The notes below the pieces were generated by a model. It saw nothing but the letters and a program-made list of their open reading frames with translations, searched no databases and was not told the origin of the DNA. Below, in pieces: positions 45,429 through 54,016 of a DNA stretch of 64,000 nucleotides. A program made the translations under genes and the position numbers. Location: contig DASZTL010000002.1 in NCBI GenBank assembly GCA_035548055.1, forward strand, positions 18,017-82,016. Reading direction: 5' to 3'. Every line of letters starts with the position of its first letter. Position 1 is the stretch's first letter. Origin of the DNA: Mycobacteriales bacterium. Its GTDB lineage: Bacteria > Actinomycetota > Actinomycetes > JAFAQI01.

Positions 45429-48400
45429 TCAGCCGGCGACGCCGAGGTATGACTCGACAACGCGAGCGTCCTCGAGCACGGTGGCCGGCACCCCCTCCGC
45501 GATCACCTGGCCGAGCTCGAGAGCGACGAGCCGGTCGCATAGCGAGGTGAGCAGCGGCATGTCGTGATCGATGACGAGGATCGTCGCGCCGGTCTCGTCG
45601 CGGACCTGTTTCAGCAGCGGCGCCAGGAGCTCCGTCTCCTTCTGCGCAACTCCCGCGGTCGGCTCGTCGAGCAGGACGACGGCGGGACGCTGGGCGAGTA
45701 TGCACGCCAGCTCGACGATGCGTCGCGTGCCGGTGGAGAGCTCGCCGACCAGGCTGGTGGCGTACTTCGTGAGACCGAGCTTCGCCAACAGCTCCTGCAC
45801 CTGTTCGGAGACGGCCGCCTCCGACAACGTCGATGCCGGAAGCCGTAACGCGGCGGCGACGAGGTCTCGTGAGTCCAGGTGCCGCTCAAGGGCGACCGCG
45901 ACCGTCTCGGCCACGGTGAGGCCTGGGAACAGCCGTGCCTCCTGGAACGAGCGGCCCAGCCCGATGATCGCGCGGTCTGAGGATCCGAATGCCGTGACGT
46001 CCGAACCACCCAGTACGACGCGACCCGCGTCTGCCTCGAGGAAGCCGCAGATCACGTCGAACAGCGTCGTCTTGCCGGCGCCGTTGTGACCGATCAGGCC
46101 GACGATCTCACCCTTGTGCACCTGTAGCCCGATGTCGTTGAGCACCCGTACGCCACCGAAGGACTTCCCGACGTCGAAGCACTCCAGCACCGTCGGCCGG
46201 GCAAGCAGCTCGGCGAGCTCCTTCGTCGCCGTGGCCGCCGACTTCTTCCGCGGCTTCTTTCCGTTGCTGCTCGTCGCCATCGCCGTCGCGCCGCCGATAA
46301 ACACGGATCGAAGGACATCGGTGCGCTCGAGCAGCTCTTTCGTCGGTCCGGCGAACCGCACCGTGCCGCGCTCCAGGAACTCCGCGCGCTCAGCTACCTC
46401 GAGCGCGACGCTCACCGACTGCTCGACGATGAGCACGGTCACACCGTCCGCGACCAGCTCGCGCACGACTTCCAGCAGCCGTGCGACCACTGACGGCGCG
46501 AGGCCCAGCGAGAGCTCGTCGATAAGCAGCATCCGCGGCTTGGACTGCAGTGCCATCGCGAGCGAGAGCATCTGCTGCTGACCGCCGGACATCGTGCCGG
46601 CCAGCTGGCGTTCGCGGTCGACGAGCTGACCGAACAGCTCGAAGGCATGTGCCCGGCCGGCGGCCACCTTGTCCTTGTCCTTGCGCACCAGCCACCCGGC
46701 GACGCGAAGGTTCTCGGCGACGTTGAGTGATGGGAAGATCGACTTGGCCGGCACGAGGGACAAGCCCATAGCGGCGCGCGCCTCGGTGTTGAGCTTGGTG
46801 ATGTCCTTGCCGTCGAACCACACCTTGCCGGGCGCGGCCGAGACGAGACCGGCGACCGCCTTGAGCATCGTCGACTTGCCGGCGCCGTTCGTACCCAGAA
46901 GTGCGACGATCTCGCCGTCGGCGACGTCGAGGTCGACACCGAACAGCACCTGCATCGTCCCGTAGCTGACCTCGACGCCGTTGCACTGCAGCAGCGCGTT
47001 GCTCGCCGGTGCGTGCTTCGGGGCCGTCTGTGTCGTCGCTGCTGCAGCTGTCGTCGCCGGCGGTGGTTCGGCGGCTGACGCACTCACCGCGCCGTCGGCT
47101 GACGCCGTCAGATCGATGCCGCGACGGCGCGCCGCGACGTTGAGAAGCCGGTCCCGCAGGCCAAACACGACAGCGCCCAGCCCGCCCGGCAGCGCCAGGA
47201 GGATGAACAGCAGCGCGGAGCCGGTGATGAGCAGCTGGTACTGCGGCCAGTAGTGCACGGCCAGTTGGATCAAGGCGACGCCGAGCAGTGCTCCGGTGAT
47301 CGAGTCGACGCCGCCGATGATCACCATCGAGAAGACCTTGAGGCTCTCGGACGGATCGTAGGTGTGGGTGCCGATCGCGCCGAGCAGGGTGGCGTGCAGC
47401 CCGCCCGCGAGGCCGGCGATCGCGCCCGCGACGACGAAGCCGAGCAGCTTGATGCGCGTCGTGGGCACGGCCATCGCGGCCGCGGCTCGTGGGTTGTCCC
47501 GCGTCGCGATCATCACCCGGCCGGGACGTGCGCGGCGCACCCCGATCACCGCCGCGATGACGACGAGCAGGATCGCCAGGCACATGAAGAACAGCGTGCG
47601 TTCCGCGGTGACCGGCGAACCGGTGTTGATGTCGAGGTTGAAGCGCTTCCACACGACCGGGAGGGTGATGTTGCCCGGAATCAGTGACGCGAAGTTCGTG
47701 GGGTTGAAGAAGAACGCGTCCGCGGCGACGGCGAGCGCGAGTGTGGTGACGGCGAGATCAAGTCCCTGAATCCGCAACGCGGGAACACCGACGAGTACCG
47801 CAAGTGCCGCGCCCGCGACGGCGGCTGCGACCAGACAGACAAAGAAGTCCAGGTTCCAGTGGTTCATCAGGTTGCCGACGAGCACGCCGCCGAACCCGAC
47901 GAACGCGAACTGGCCGAGGCTGACCTGACCGGACCAGCCTGTCAGCAGCACGAGCGACACCGCGACGATTCCGTAGATCGCTGCGGTGCTGAGCAGCTGA
48001 TTGCCGGTGGGGCTGACCGTCAGGGGCAAGATGATCGCCAGCGCGAGGAGTGCGACTCCGCCACCGATTCGGACCGCCATGACTTCGGGAAGCCGGCGAA
48101 GCTGGGCCGGGATCTCACGCGCGGCACCTCGGACCGACAGTGAGGTCTCCTCTGCGCCTTCCCGCCTGCCGGCCCGCTTCGGGAGCACCAGCAGGGCGAG
48201 CAGGATCACTACGAGGAAGGCGACGTCTGGCGCGGAAGCTTTCGTGAAGTTCCAGGCCACGAGCTGCTGCACGATTCCGAGCCCGATCCCGGAGAACACG
48301 GCGATCGGCAAGGACTCCTTGTATGCCAGCACAGCCGCAGCGAGTGCGGGCAGCAGCAGCGTCGGTCCGGCGGCGGCATCGATGGTGAGGCCCTGTGACG

Positions 48401-49136
48401 GCGCCGGGAGGATGACGGCGATGGTCGCGAGCAGGCCGGAGACGGTCCAGACGATCGTCGCCATCCGGCGTACCGGTACGCCGAGCAGCAATGCCCGCTC
48501 GCGGTTGTCTGCGATCGCCCGTACCGCGATGCCGGAGTCGGTGCGCAGCAGGTACCAGCCGAGCGCCACGATCACGACTGGGACGGCAAGCACGGTCAAG
48601 AGGTCGTTCCCGGTGAACAGCACCGGTCCGACGTTGAGGCTGTGATGCGACAGCGACGTCGAGAAGCCGCCGACCAGCGACGGACCGCCCATCCATCCCG
48701 GTAGCAGCAGCTGGATTCCGCCGAGCACCTGAGCGAGGCCGATTGTCGCGACGGTGAGGATCAACCGGGACGACCTGGCGAATCGCCGGATGACCAGGAT
48801 CTCGGTGAGCGCGCCGAGCAGAGCGCCCGATGCGAGCCCTGCCGCGATGGCGGCCGGCCAGCTCCAGTGCTGCGCGAGATAGAGCATCACCGCGATGGTG
48901 CCGCCGACGCCGCCCATCGAGCCGTAGGCGAAGTTGATGATCCGGTCCGACCGGTAGGTGAGCACCAGGCCGAGCGCCTGCAGCCCGATGACCGAGCCAA
49001 ACAGCGCGCCCTGCAGCACGATCCCGAACGGCGCGTGACCCGGTGAGATCAAACAGGCCGCGATGATCGCCAGCAACACGGCGGCGCCTGCGCTGATCGC
49101 GCCGTGGCGCTTCACCACGTCGGGGACTGCGAGCAC
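45429..49136 (-). CDS. Fused branched-chain-amino-acid-type (HAAT) ABC transporter: LivH-like, LivM-like permease, LivF-like and LivG-like ATPase domains in one 1235-aa protein
   Basis: Uninterrupted ORF.
- aa ~35-320: LivH-like TM domain.
- aa ~355-665: LivM-like TM domain (GWSGQVSLGQFAF).
- aa ~715-950: ATPase domain (GTNGAGKST, SGGQQQ, LLIDE).
- aa ~983-1235: ATPase domain (KSFGG, GHNGAGKTT, LSTGTRR, LLDEPT). Confidence 0.85.
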   Translation of the reverse strand: MLAVPDVVKRHGAISAGAAVLLAIIAACLISPGHAPFGIVLQGALFGSVIGLQALGLVLTYRSDRIINFAYGSMGGVGGTIAVMLYLAQHWSWPAAIAAGLASGALLGALTEILVIRRFARSSRLILTVATIGLAQVLGGIQLLLPGWMGGPSLVGGFSTSLSHHSLNVGPVLFTGNDLLTVLAVPVVIVALGWYLLRTDSGIAVRAIADNRERALLLGVPVRRMATIVWTVSGLLATIAVILPAPSQGLTIDAAAGPTLLLPALAAAVLAYKESLPIAVFSGIGLGIVQQLVAWNFTKASAPDVAFLVVILLALLVLPKRAGRREGAEETSLSVRGAAREIPAQLRRLPEVMAVRIGGGVALLALAIILPLTVSPTGNQLLSTAAIYGIVAVSLVLLTGWSGQVSLGQFAFVGFGGVLVGNLMNHWNLDFFVCLVAAAVAGAALAVLVGVPALRIQGLDLAVTTLALAVAADAFFFNPTNFASLIPGNITLPVVWKRFNLDINTGSPVTAERTLFFMCLAILLVVIAAVIGVRRARPGRVMIATRDNPRAAAAMAVPTTRIKLLGFVVAGAIAGLAGGLHATLLGAIGTHTYDPSESLKVFSMVIIGGVDSITGALLGVALIQLAVHYWPQYQLLITGSALLFILLALPGGLGAVVFGLRDRLLNVAARRRGIDLTASADGAVSASAAEPPPATTAAAATTQTAPKHAPASNALLQCNGVEVSYGTMQVLFGVDLDVADGEIVALLGTNGAGKSTMLKAVAGLVSAAPGKVWFDGKDITKLNTEARAAMGLSLVPAKSIFPSLNVAENLRVAGWLVRKDKDKVAAGRAHAFELFGQLVDRERQLAGTMSGGQQQMLSLAMALQSKPRMLLIDELSLGLAPSVVARLLEVVRELVADGVTVLIVEQSVSVALEVAERAEFLERGTVRFAGPTKELLERTDVLRSVFIGGATAMATSSNGKKPRKKSAATATKELAELLARPTVLECFDVGKSFGGVRVLNDIGLQVHKGEIVGLIGHNGAGKTTLFDVICGFLEADAGRVVLGGSDVTAFGSSDRAIIGLGRSFQEARLFPGLTVAETVAVALERHLDSRDLVAAALRLPASTLSEAAVSEQVQELLAKLGLTKYATSLVGELSTGTRRIVELACILAQRPAVVLLDEPTAGVAQKETELLAPLLKQVRDETGATILVIDHDMPLLTSLCDRLVALELGQVIAEGVPATVLEDARVVESYLGVAG

Positions 49137-49141
49137 GTCTG

Positions 49142-50785
49142 CTACTGCCGACCCTTGTAGGGCGTGTGCGGGAAGTCTCCCCGCGGCAACGCATCAAGCG
49201 TGTAGCGCCGGCTGGCGAAGATGTACGCGCCCTTTCGGTTGTTGTAGACAGAGGTCGCGTTCGGATCCCAATAGATCTCGGCGCCGTCGAGGGTCGGCGT
49301 GTAGTGGCCCGGCGGGAAGCCCCAAGTGCCGAACTCGCTGGTCGCGCTGGTGGGGTAGGACCGCATCCCCCGCTCGAAGTTCGCCGGGGTCAGGTCAGGA
49401 CCCGCGAGCTGAATCCCCAGCGCGAGCATGTACATCTGCGCGTAGATCAGATTCACGAACCGCGCCGGTTCGTCGTTGCGCACGGACTTGTACGCCGAGT
49501 AGCCGAGCGTCGCGGGGAAGGGCAGTGTCGGGCCCTGATAGGTCACGCCGAAGGCGTGCTGCCACTCTTTCTGGTCGAAGAGCTGGCCGACGATGTCCTG
49601 GTCGGTCAGCGCGACTCCGACAACTGCCCACTCCGGGAAGTAGTTCTGCTCGTCGGCGCGCTGCGTCAGGTAGACCGGCAGGATCGGGTCGCAGCCGCAG
49701 ACCACGGTGGTGATGTGGTTGGCCTTGAGCTTCGAGATGATGCTCGCCGCCTGGTTGGCGAGGGTCGCGAGGTTCAGCTGGTACGGCACGTTCAGTGGGA
49801 CCGCCTTACCGGCCCGCTTGTAGATGTTGGTGCCGTTCTGGACGCACTCCTGGTACCACGGGTTGTCGGGCGCGATGGTCGCGAACTTGCGGGTCTGGTT
49901 CGAGACGTCCGGCCCTCCGAACACGGCCTTCTTCCCGGCCAGTGATCGGACGCCGACCTCGGCAACGGCCTCACTGACGCCGGTGCAGTCCGTCGCGATG
50001 CTCCAGGAGTACGGCGCGCGCTGCTCGAACCAGCGCTGCGACATGTAGGGAACGCCGAAGTTCATCACCTTGTCGCGGGACAGGGAGTCGGCGTACGGCT
50101 CGGTGCCGGCGCTCATGTCGGCGAATGCCTTGATGCTGGTCGCGACCTTCAGCGCGTCGGCGGCGGCCGCGGCCTGCCCGCCGCCGAGCAGCTCGTTGCT
50201 CTGCGAGCCTTGGCCTTTGAAGAACTTGAAGACCAGCTTGCGCCCGTAGAACTGGAAGTTCTTGTTGAAGTAGTCGGCCAGACCTTCGATGGTGCGGTTG
50301 GTGTCGGCCTGGGTGTCGTCGAACTGCGCGCCGCCGATCCGGGCGAGTGTCTGCTGGAACGTCGGGTCCCCGGTGATTCGGAACGCAACGGTGATCGTCG
50401 ATCCCGTCACGCCGCGCGAGGTCGCCCCGCCATTGTTGCCGGAGAACTCGACGCAGGGCGGTGCGTAGGGGTCACCCTTGACCTGCGGGCCCTTGCAGCC
50501 GCTCGGAGCTGTGATCGGTGCGCCGCTGGCGGAGGTGGAGGGGACCTCGCCGCCAACCGGGCTACCACCGGTCTTGCCACCGCCCTTCACCGGCGCGACC
50601 TCACCGGTGGGGCTGGTCGGCGTGACATCCGGCGAGGTCCCCTCGCTCGCCGTCGTCACCGTGACCCGCTGCGGCGCCTCGGTCGGGACGAAGGCTGCCA
50701 TCAAGACGAACGCGACGAGTAGGCACGCGAGCGGGCCGTAGCCGCGCAGCAGGGGGCGTACCGGCGGCGGTGGGTTGGTGCTCAA
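49142..50785 (-). CDS. ABC transporter substrate-binding protein (type 1 periplasmic-binding fold, Leu/Ile/Val-binding family-like), membrane-anchored
   Basis: 547 aa from a TTG start. N-terminal TM helix (LACLLVAFVLMAAFV), a Thr/Ser/Pro/Gly linker, then a PBP fold. Ends 5 nt before the fused transporter gene. Confidence 0.75.
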   Translation of the reverse strand: MSTNPPPPVRPLLRGYGPLACLLVAFVLMAAFVPTEAPQRVTVTTASEGTSPDVTPTSPTGEVAPVKGGGKTGGSPVGGEVPSTSASGAPITAPSGCKGPQVKGDPYAPPCVEFSGNNGGATSRGVTGSTITVAFRITGDPTFQQTLARIGGAQFDDTQADTNRTIEGLADYFNKNFQFYGRKLVFKFFKGQGSQSNELLGGGQAAAAADALKVATSIKAFADMSAGTEPYADSLSRDKVMNFGVPYMSQRWFEQRAPYSWSIATDCTGVSEAVAEVGVRSLAGKKAVFGGPDVSNQTRKFATIAPDNPWYQECVQNGTNIYKRAGKAVPLNVPYQLNLATLANQAASIISKLKANHITTVVCGCDPILPVYLTQRADEQNYFPEWAVVGVALTDQDIVGQLFDQKEWQHAFGVTYQGPTLPFPATLGYSAYKSVRNDEPARFVNLIYAQMYMLALGIQLAGPDLTPANFERGMRSYPTSATSEFGTWGFPPGHYTPTLDGAEIYWDPNATSVYNNRKGAYIFASRRYTLDALPRGDFPHTPYKGRQ

Positions 50786-52254
50786 GTCTCGATCGCCATC
50801 CTCGCGAGTCGGCTTCGTCGCCGCACGACGAAGTAGTCAGCGCCCGCGATACCCCCCAGAGCCGCGAGTGCGATGAGTCCCACCGCCAGGCCGGCACCCC
50901 GTCCGCAGGACGGTCTACCCGCGGGGCTGGTCGTCGAGCAGCTCGAGGCCACGTCCCGGGTCCCGCCTGCGACCTGCGGAGTGGGTACCGGCGCCGGCAG
51001 ATCGGACACCGCAGGCAGCGGACCGCCGGTGCCGGTGTCCCCACCGATTGCTGGTGTGCTCGTGTCGCCGCCCGGCGGCAGCGTGGTGCCGCTTGTTCCG
51101 GTGTCGCTGTCGCCGTTGCCGAACGGGTTGGCGTACGTCGCGTCGTCGGTCTGGGCCGTCGTGCCGCCGAAGTTGAGCGAGAACTGCCCGACGCCGTCGA
51201 GCGCGGCGATCATCAGGTTCACAGCGCCGTAGGCGCTGCCGAACGTGCAGAACGCCTTGTTGATGGCGTCGGCAGCTGGGTCGAACACGGTGTGAACCAG
51301 GTTCAGGATCGGGACCAGAAGCATCTTGCCGAGCGCGGAGTGCTTGATCCCGATCGACAGCGGGGTCATGGCGAGCTGAGCGTCGTCGTGGCTGACCTCG
51401 GGGAGCTGGACGAGCAGCCCGGTCGGCTCGAGCGCCTTGTTCACGGCCTTGAACGTCGACAGCAGGGCGGCCGTCGATGCGGTCGGGAGCTTGGTGCCGC
51501 CGATGCTGACCGTGGACACGGTGAACGTCGAGGAGGAGGTGGGATTCATCCCGGTCCGAACCGAGGTCTCCCAGTGCAGTCCGCCGAGCCGGACCGGTCC
51601 GAGCTGCATGGTGGCGAGGTCAGCAGTCGAGTCCGCGACTCTCGCCTTGCCCGGATAGAGGTGGGCGTGCGCGGTGCTGGCCAGGCCGCGCACCGTGACG
51701 ATGCCCGGAACCTCGAAGCGGGTGCCGTTGAACTCGGAGGTCGCGTCCTCGTTCGGCGGTGGCGACGACCTCACGTGTGTCTTGCCGAGGGCCGCGGTGG
51801 CGTATTGGTTGTCCGCGCCGCCGAGGCTCTCCTTGGTGTCCACCTCGCCGGCGTTCGACTCGGCGGCGATCGCCTTGGGCAGCTGGTCGGGGGTCAACAC
51901 GGGCGGGGTGGCGCCGCACTGCACAGTCAGCGAGTTGCCGATCAGACCGAGATCGAGGATCTGGCCTGAGGCTTGCGAGAGCGAGTTGCGGTACTGCGCG
52001 ACCGAGCGCCCGAGCGTGATGGTCGCTGCCAGGCCTGCGTCGCGCGGATCGAACTGGAACGCCTGCGAGGTCGCCACCGCCGTCCCGGGGACGAACTGGG
52101 TCGCGTCCGTCGCGGCGACAACCGCCTGATCGCGCGGGTTTGCCACGGCGGGCGCCGCTCCGACGCCCGCTGAAACTGCTGTCACGGCCGCGATGGCCGT
52201 GACGCATAATCCGCGGGGCGGGCCCCCGCGACGGCGCATCACGAGGTTGGACAC
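50782..52254 (-). CDS. Hypothetical secreted protein with Gly/Thr/Pro-rich stalk and C-terminal TM anchor
   Basis: 490 aa. N-terminal signal (LCVTAIAAVTAVSAGVGAAPAVA) and C-terminal LAVGLIALAALGGIAGADYFVVRRR. The stop overlaps the SBP start (TTGA). I recognise no family. Confidence 0.6.
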   Translation of the reverse strand: MSNLVMRRRGGPPRGLCVTAIAAVTAVSAGVGAAPAVANPRDQAVVAATDATQFVPGTAVATSQAFQFDPRDAGLAATITLGRSVAQYRNSLSQASGQILDLGLIGNSLTVQCGATPPVLTPDQLPKAIAAESNAGEVDTKESLGGADNQYATAALGKTHVRSSPPPNEDATSEFNGTRFEVPGIVTVRGLASTAHAHLYPGKARVADSTADLATMQLGPVRLGGLHWETSVRTGMNPTSSSTFTVSTVSIGGTKLPTASTAALLSTFKAVNKALEPTGLLVQLPEVSHDDAQLAMTPLSIGIKHSALGKMLLVPILNLVHTVFDPAADAINKAFCTFGSAYGAVNLMIAALDGVGQFSLNFGGTTAQTDDATYANPFGNGDSDTGTSGTTLPPGGDTSTPAIGGDTGTGGPLPAVSDLPAPVPTPQVAGGTRDVASSCSTTSPAGRPSCGRGAGLAVGLIALAALGGIAGADYFVVRRRSRLARMAIET

Positions 52255-52349
52255 TAAAAGCGCACGTCACGCGCGGCAAGGGTGGTGAGTCTGGCGCGCC
52301 GGGAATCACCGGTAATGATGTCGCGTTGACCCAGACCAGGAGGAAGTGG

Positions 52350-52868
52350 GTGTCTGGCAGGTTGATCGGCTTTCCGAACCCCGTCGACGAGCGTGCAGCA
52401 CGCACCGTGGCCGGCGTGGTGATGGTGGCAAGTGCGGCCCTGCTGGTCCTGAGCGGCGCGGCTGGTCACGCGTGGCTTTGGGGCACCACGGTGCTCGCCT
52501 ACGGCTTCGTCGCCCGTGTCCTCAGCGGCCCGACACTCAGCCCGCTCGGTCGATTTGCCGTGAGCGTGGTCGCCCCCCGGCTCGGTGAGCCGCGACTCGT
52601 GGCGGGACCGCCAAAGCGGTTCGCACAGGCAATCGGTGCCGCCGTCACCCTGCTGGCTGTCGTGTTGTTCGTCCTCGGGCATCCGCTCGGTGCCCAGATC
52701 CTCCTCGGCGTGATGATCGTGGCGGCTGGGCTCGAGTCGATCTTCGGCTACTGCATCGGGTGCAAGGTGTTCGCCGGCCTGATGCGGCTGGGGCTGATCC
52801 CCGAAGAGACCTGCGAGGCCTGCAACAACCTCGCCCTCCGCACACCCTCTGTCGTGGAGCGCGCCTAG
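52350..52868 (+). CDS. DUF4395 domain membrane protein
   Basis: Track ORF 52326 trimmed to the GTG at 52350, 5 nt after AGGAGGA. FPNPVDERAAR, PPKRFAQAIG, and two CxxC motifs (YCIGCK, TCEACN). Confidence 0.78.
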   Translation: MSGRLIGFPNPVDERAARTVAGVVMVASAALLVLSGAAGHAWLWGTTVLAYGFVARVLSGPTLSPLGRFAVSVVAPRLGEPRLVAGPPKRFAQAIGAAVTLLAVVLFVLGHPLGAQILLGVMIVAAGLESIFGYCIGCKVFAGLMRLGLIPEETCEACNNLALRTPSVVERA

Positions 52869-52876
52869 CGCAGATA

Positions 52877-54016
52877 ATGCGCATCATGCGCACTCCGCTC
52901 TGTGACCGCCTCGGGATCGAGTTCCCGATCTTCGCTTTCAGCCATTGTCGGGACGTCGTCGCGGCCGTCACGAATGCCGGTGGGATTGGGGTCCTGGGGG
53001 CCGTGGCCCACAGCCCGGCCGGCCTCGAGGTCGATCTCGCATGGATCGACGAGCAGACGGGCGGCAAGCCGTACGGCGTCGATCTGCTGCTCCCGGTCAA
53101 GTTCGCCGACACGGCGGCGGATCGCGCCGGGGCCCCCGCGCCGGCCGCGGAGGACCTGTTCCCCGCCGACCAGGTCGCGTTCGTCGACGGCATCCTCAGC
53201 CGTCACGGCGTGCCGGAGCTCGCCGGGGAGGCCGGGCGGCGCCGCGGGATCATGAGCGTGTCACCGGAGGCCAACTCCACCCTCCTCGACGTCGCGATGG
53301 CGCACGACATCAGGCTGCTCGCGAGCGCGCTGGGTCCGCCGACCCCTGAGCTGATCGAGCGGGCCCATGCCCGCGACATCGTCGTCGCGGCACTGGTGGG
53401 CGCGAAGTCGCACGCGCAGCGCCAGGTGAACGCGGGAGTCGATGTGATCGTGGCGCAGGGGACCGAGGCGGGCGGCCACACCGGACAGGTGTCGACGATG
53501 GTGCTCGTGCCGGAGGTCGTGAAGGCAGTCGCACCGGTCCCCGTCCTCGCGGCCGGCGGCATCGTCACCGGCGCGCAGGTCGCAGCCGCGATGGCGCTCG
53601 GAGCGCAGGGTGTGTGGTGCGGCTCGGTCTGGCTCACGACCGCCGAGGCGGAGACCGATCCCGTCGTGAAGCAGAAGTTCCTGAGCGCGACGTCGAGTGA
53701 CACCGTCCGCTCCCGCTCGCTCACCGGCAAGCCGGCGCGCATGCTTCGTACGCCGTGGACCGACGAGTGGGAGGCCCCGGAAGCGCCGGCGCCGCTGCCG
53801 ATGCCGCTGCAGAGCATGCTCGTCGCCGACGCTCAGGTCCGGATCGCCCGTGACGCGCGGACCGCGGGCAGCGGGGCCGAACAGCTAGCGACGTACTTCG
53901 TCGGCCAGGGCGTCGGCCTCATGGACCGGGTGAAGCCGGCCCGTGAGGTCGTCGAGGAGATGGTCGCCGGTTACCTCGAGGTCGCGGAGCGGTTCGCGAG
54001 CCAGGTGGCGGACTAG
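52877..54016 (+). CDS. Nitronate monooxygenase (NMO/2-nitropropane dioxygenase family, FMN-dependent)
   Basis: Track ORF 52760 trimmed to the ATG at 52877 (MRIMRTPLCDRLGIEFPIFAFSH). IVAQGTEAGGHTG motif. Confidence 0.85.
   Translation: MRIMRTPLCDRLGIEFPIFAFSHCRDVVAAVTNAGGIGVLGAVAHSPAGLEVDLAWIDEQTGGKPYGVDLLLPVKFADTAADRAGAPAPAAEDLFPADQVAFVDGILSRHGVPELAGEAGRRRGIMSVSPEANSTLLDVAMAHDIRLLASALGPPTPELIERAHARDIVVAALVGAKSHAQRQVNAGVDVIVAQGTEAGGHTGQVSTMVLVPEVVKAVAPVPVLAAGGIVTGAQVAAAMALGAQGVWCGSVWLTTAEAETDPVVKQKFLSATSSDTVRSRSLTGKPARMLRTPWTDEWEAPEAPAPLPMPLQSMLVADAQVRIARDARTAGSGAEQLATYFVGQGVGLMDRVKPAREVVEEMVAGYLEVAERFASQVAD

Noticed and set aside
46390-49197. 420-aa (46390..47652) and 360-aa (48115..49197) same-strand alternative-frame ORFs inside the fused ABC gene
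   Set aside because: They are out of frame with an ORF that has Walker A/B, signature and permease motifs. Their translations are Arg/Pro/Gly-rich.
50770-51969. 399-aa plus-strand ORF
   Set aside because: It is antisense to the 490-aa anchored protein gene. It has no start context, is Arg/Gly-rich, and would overlap the SBP start.
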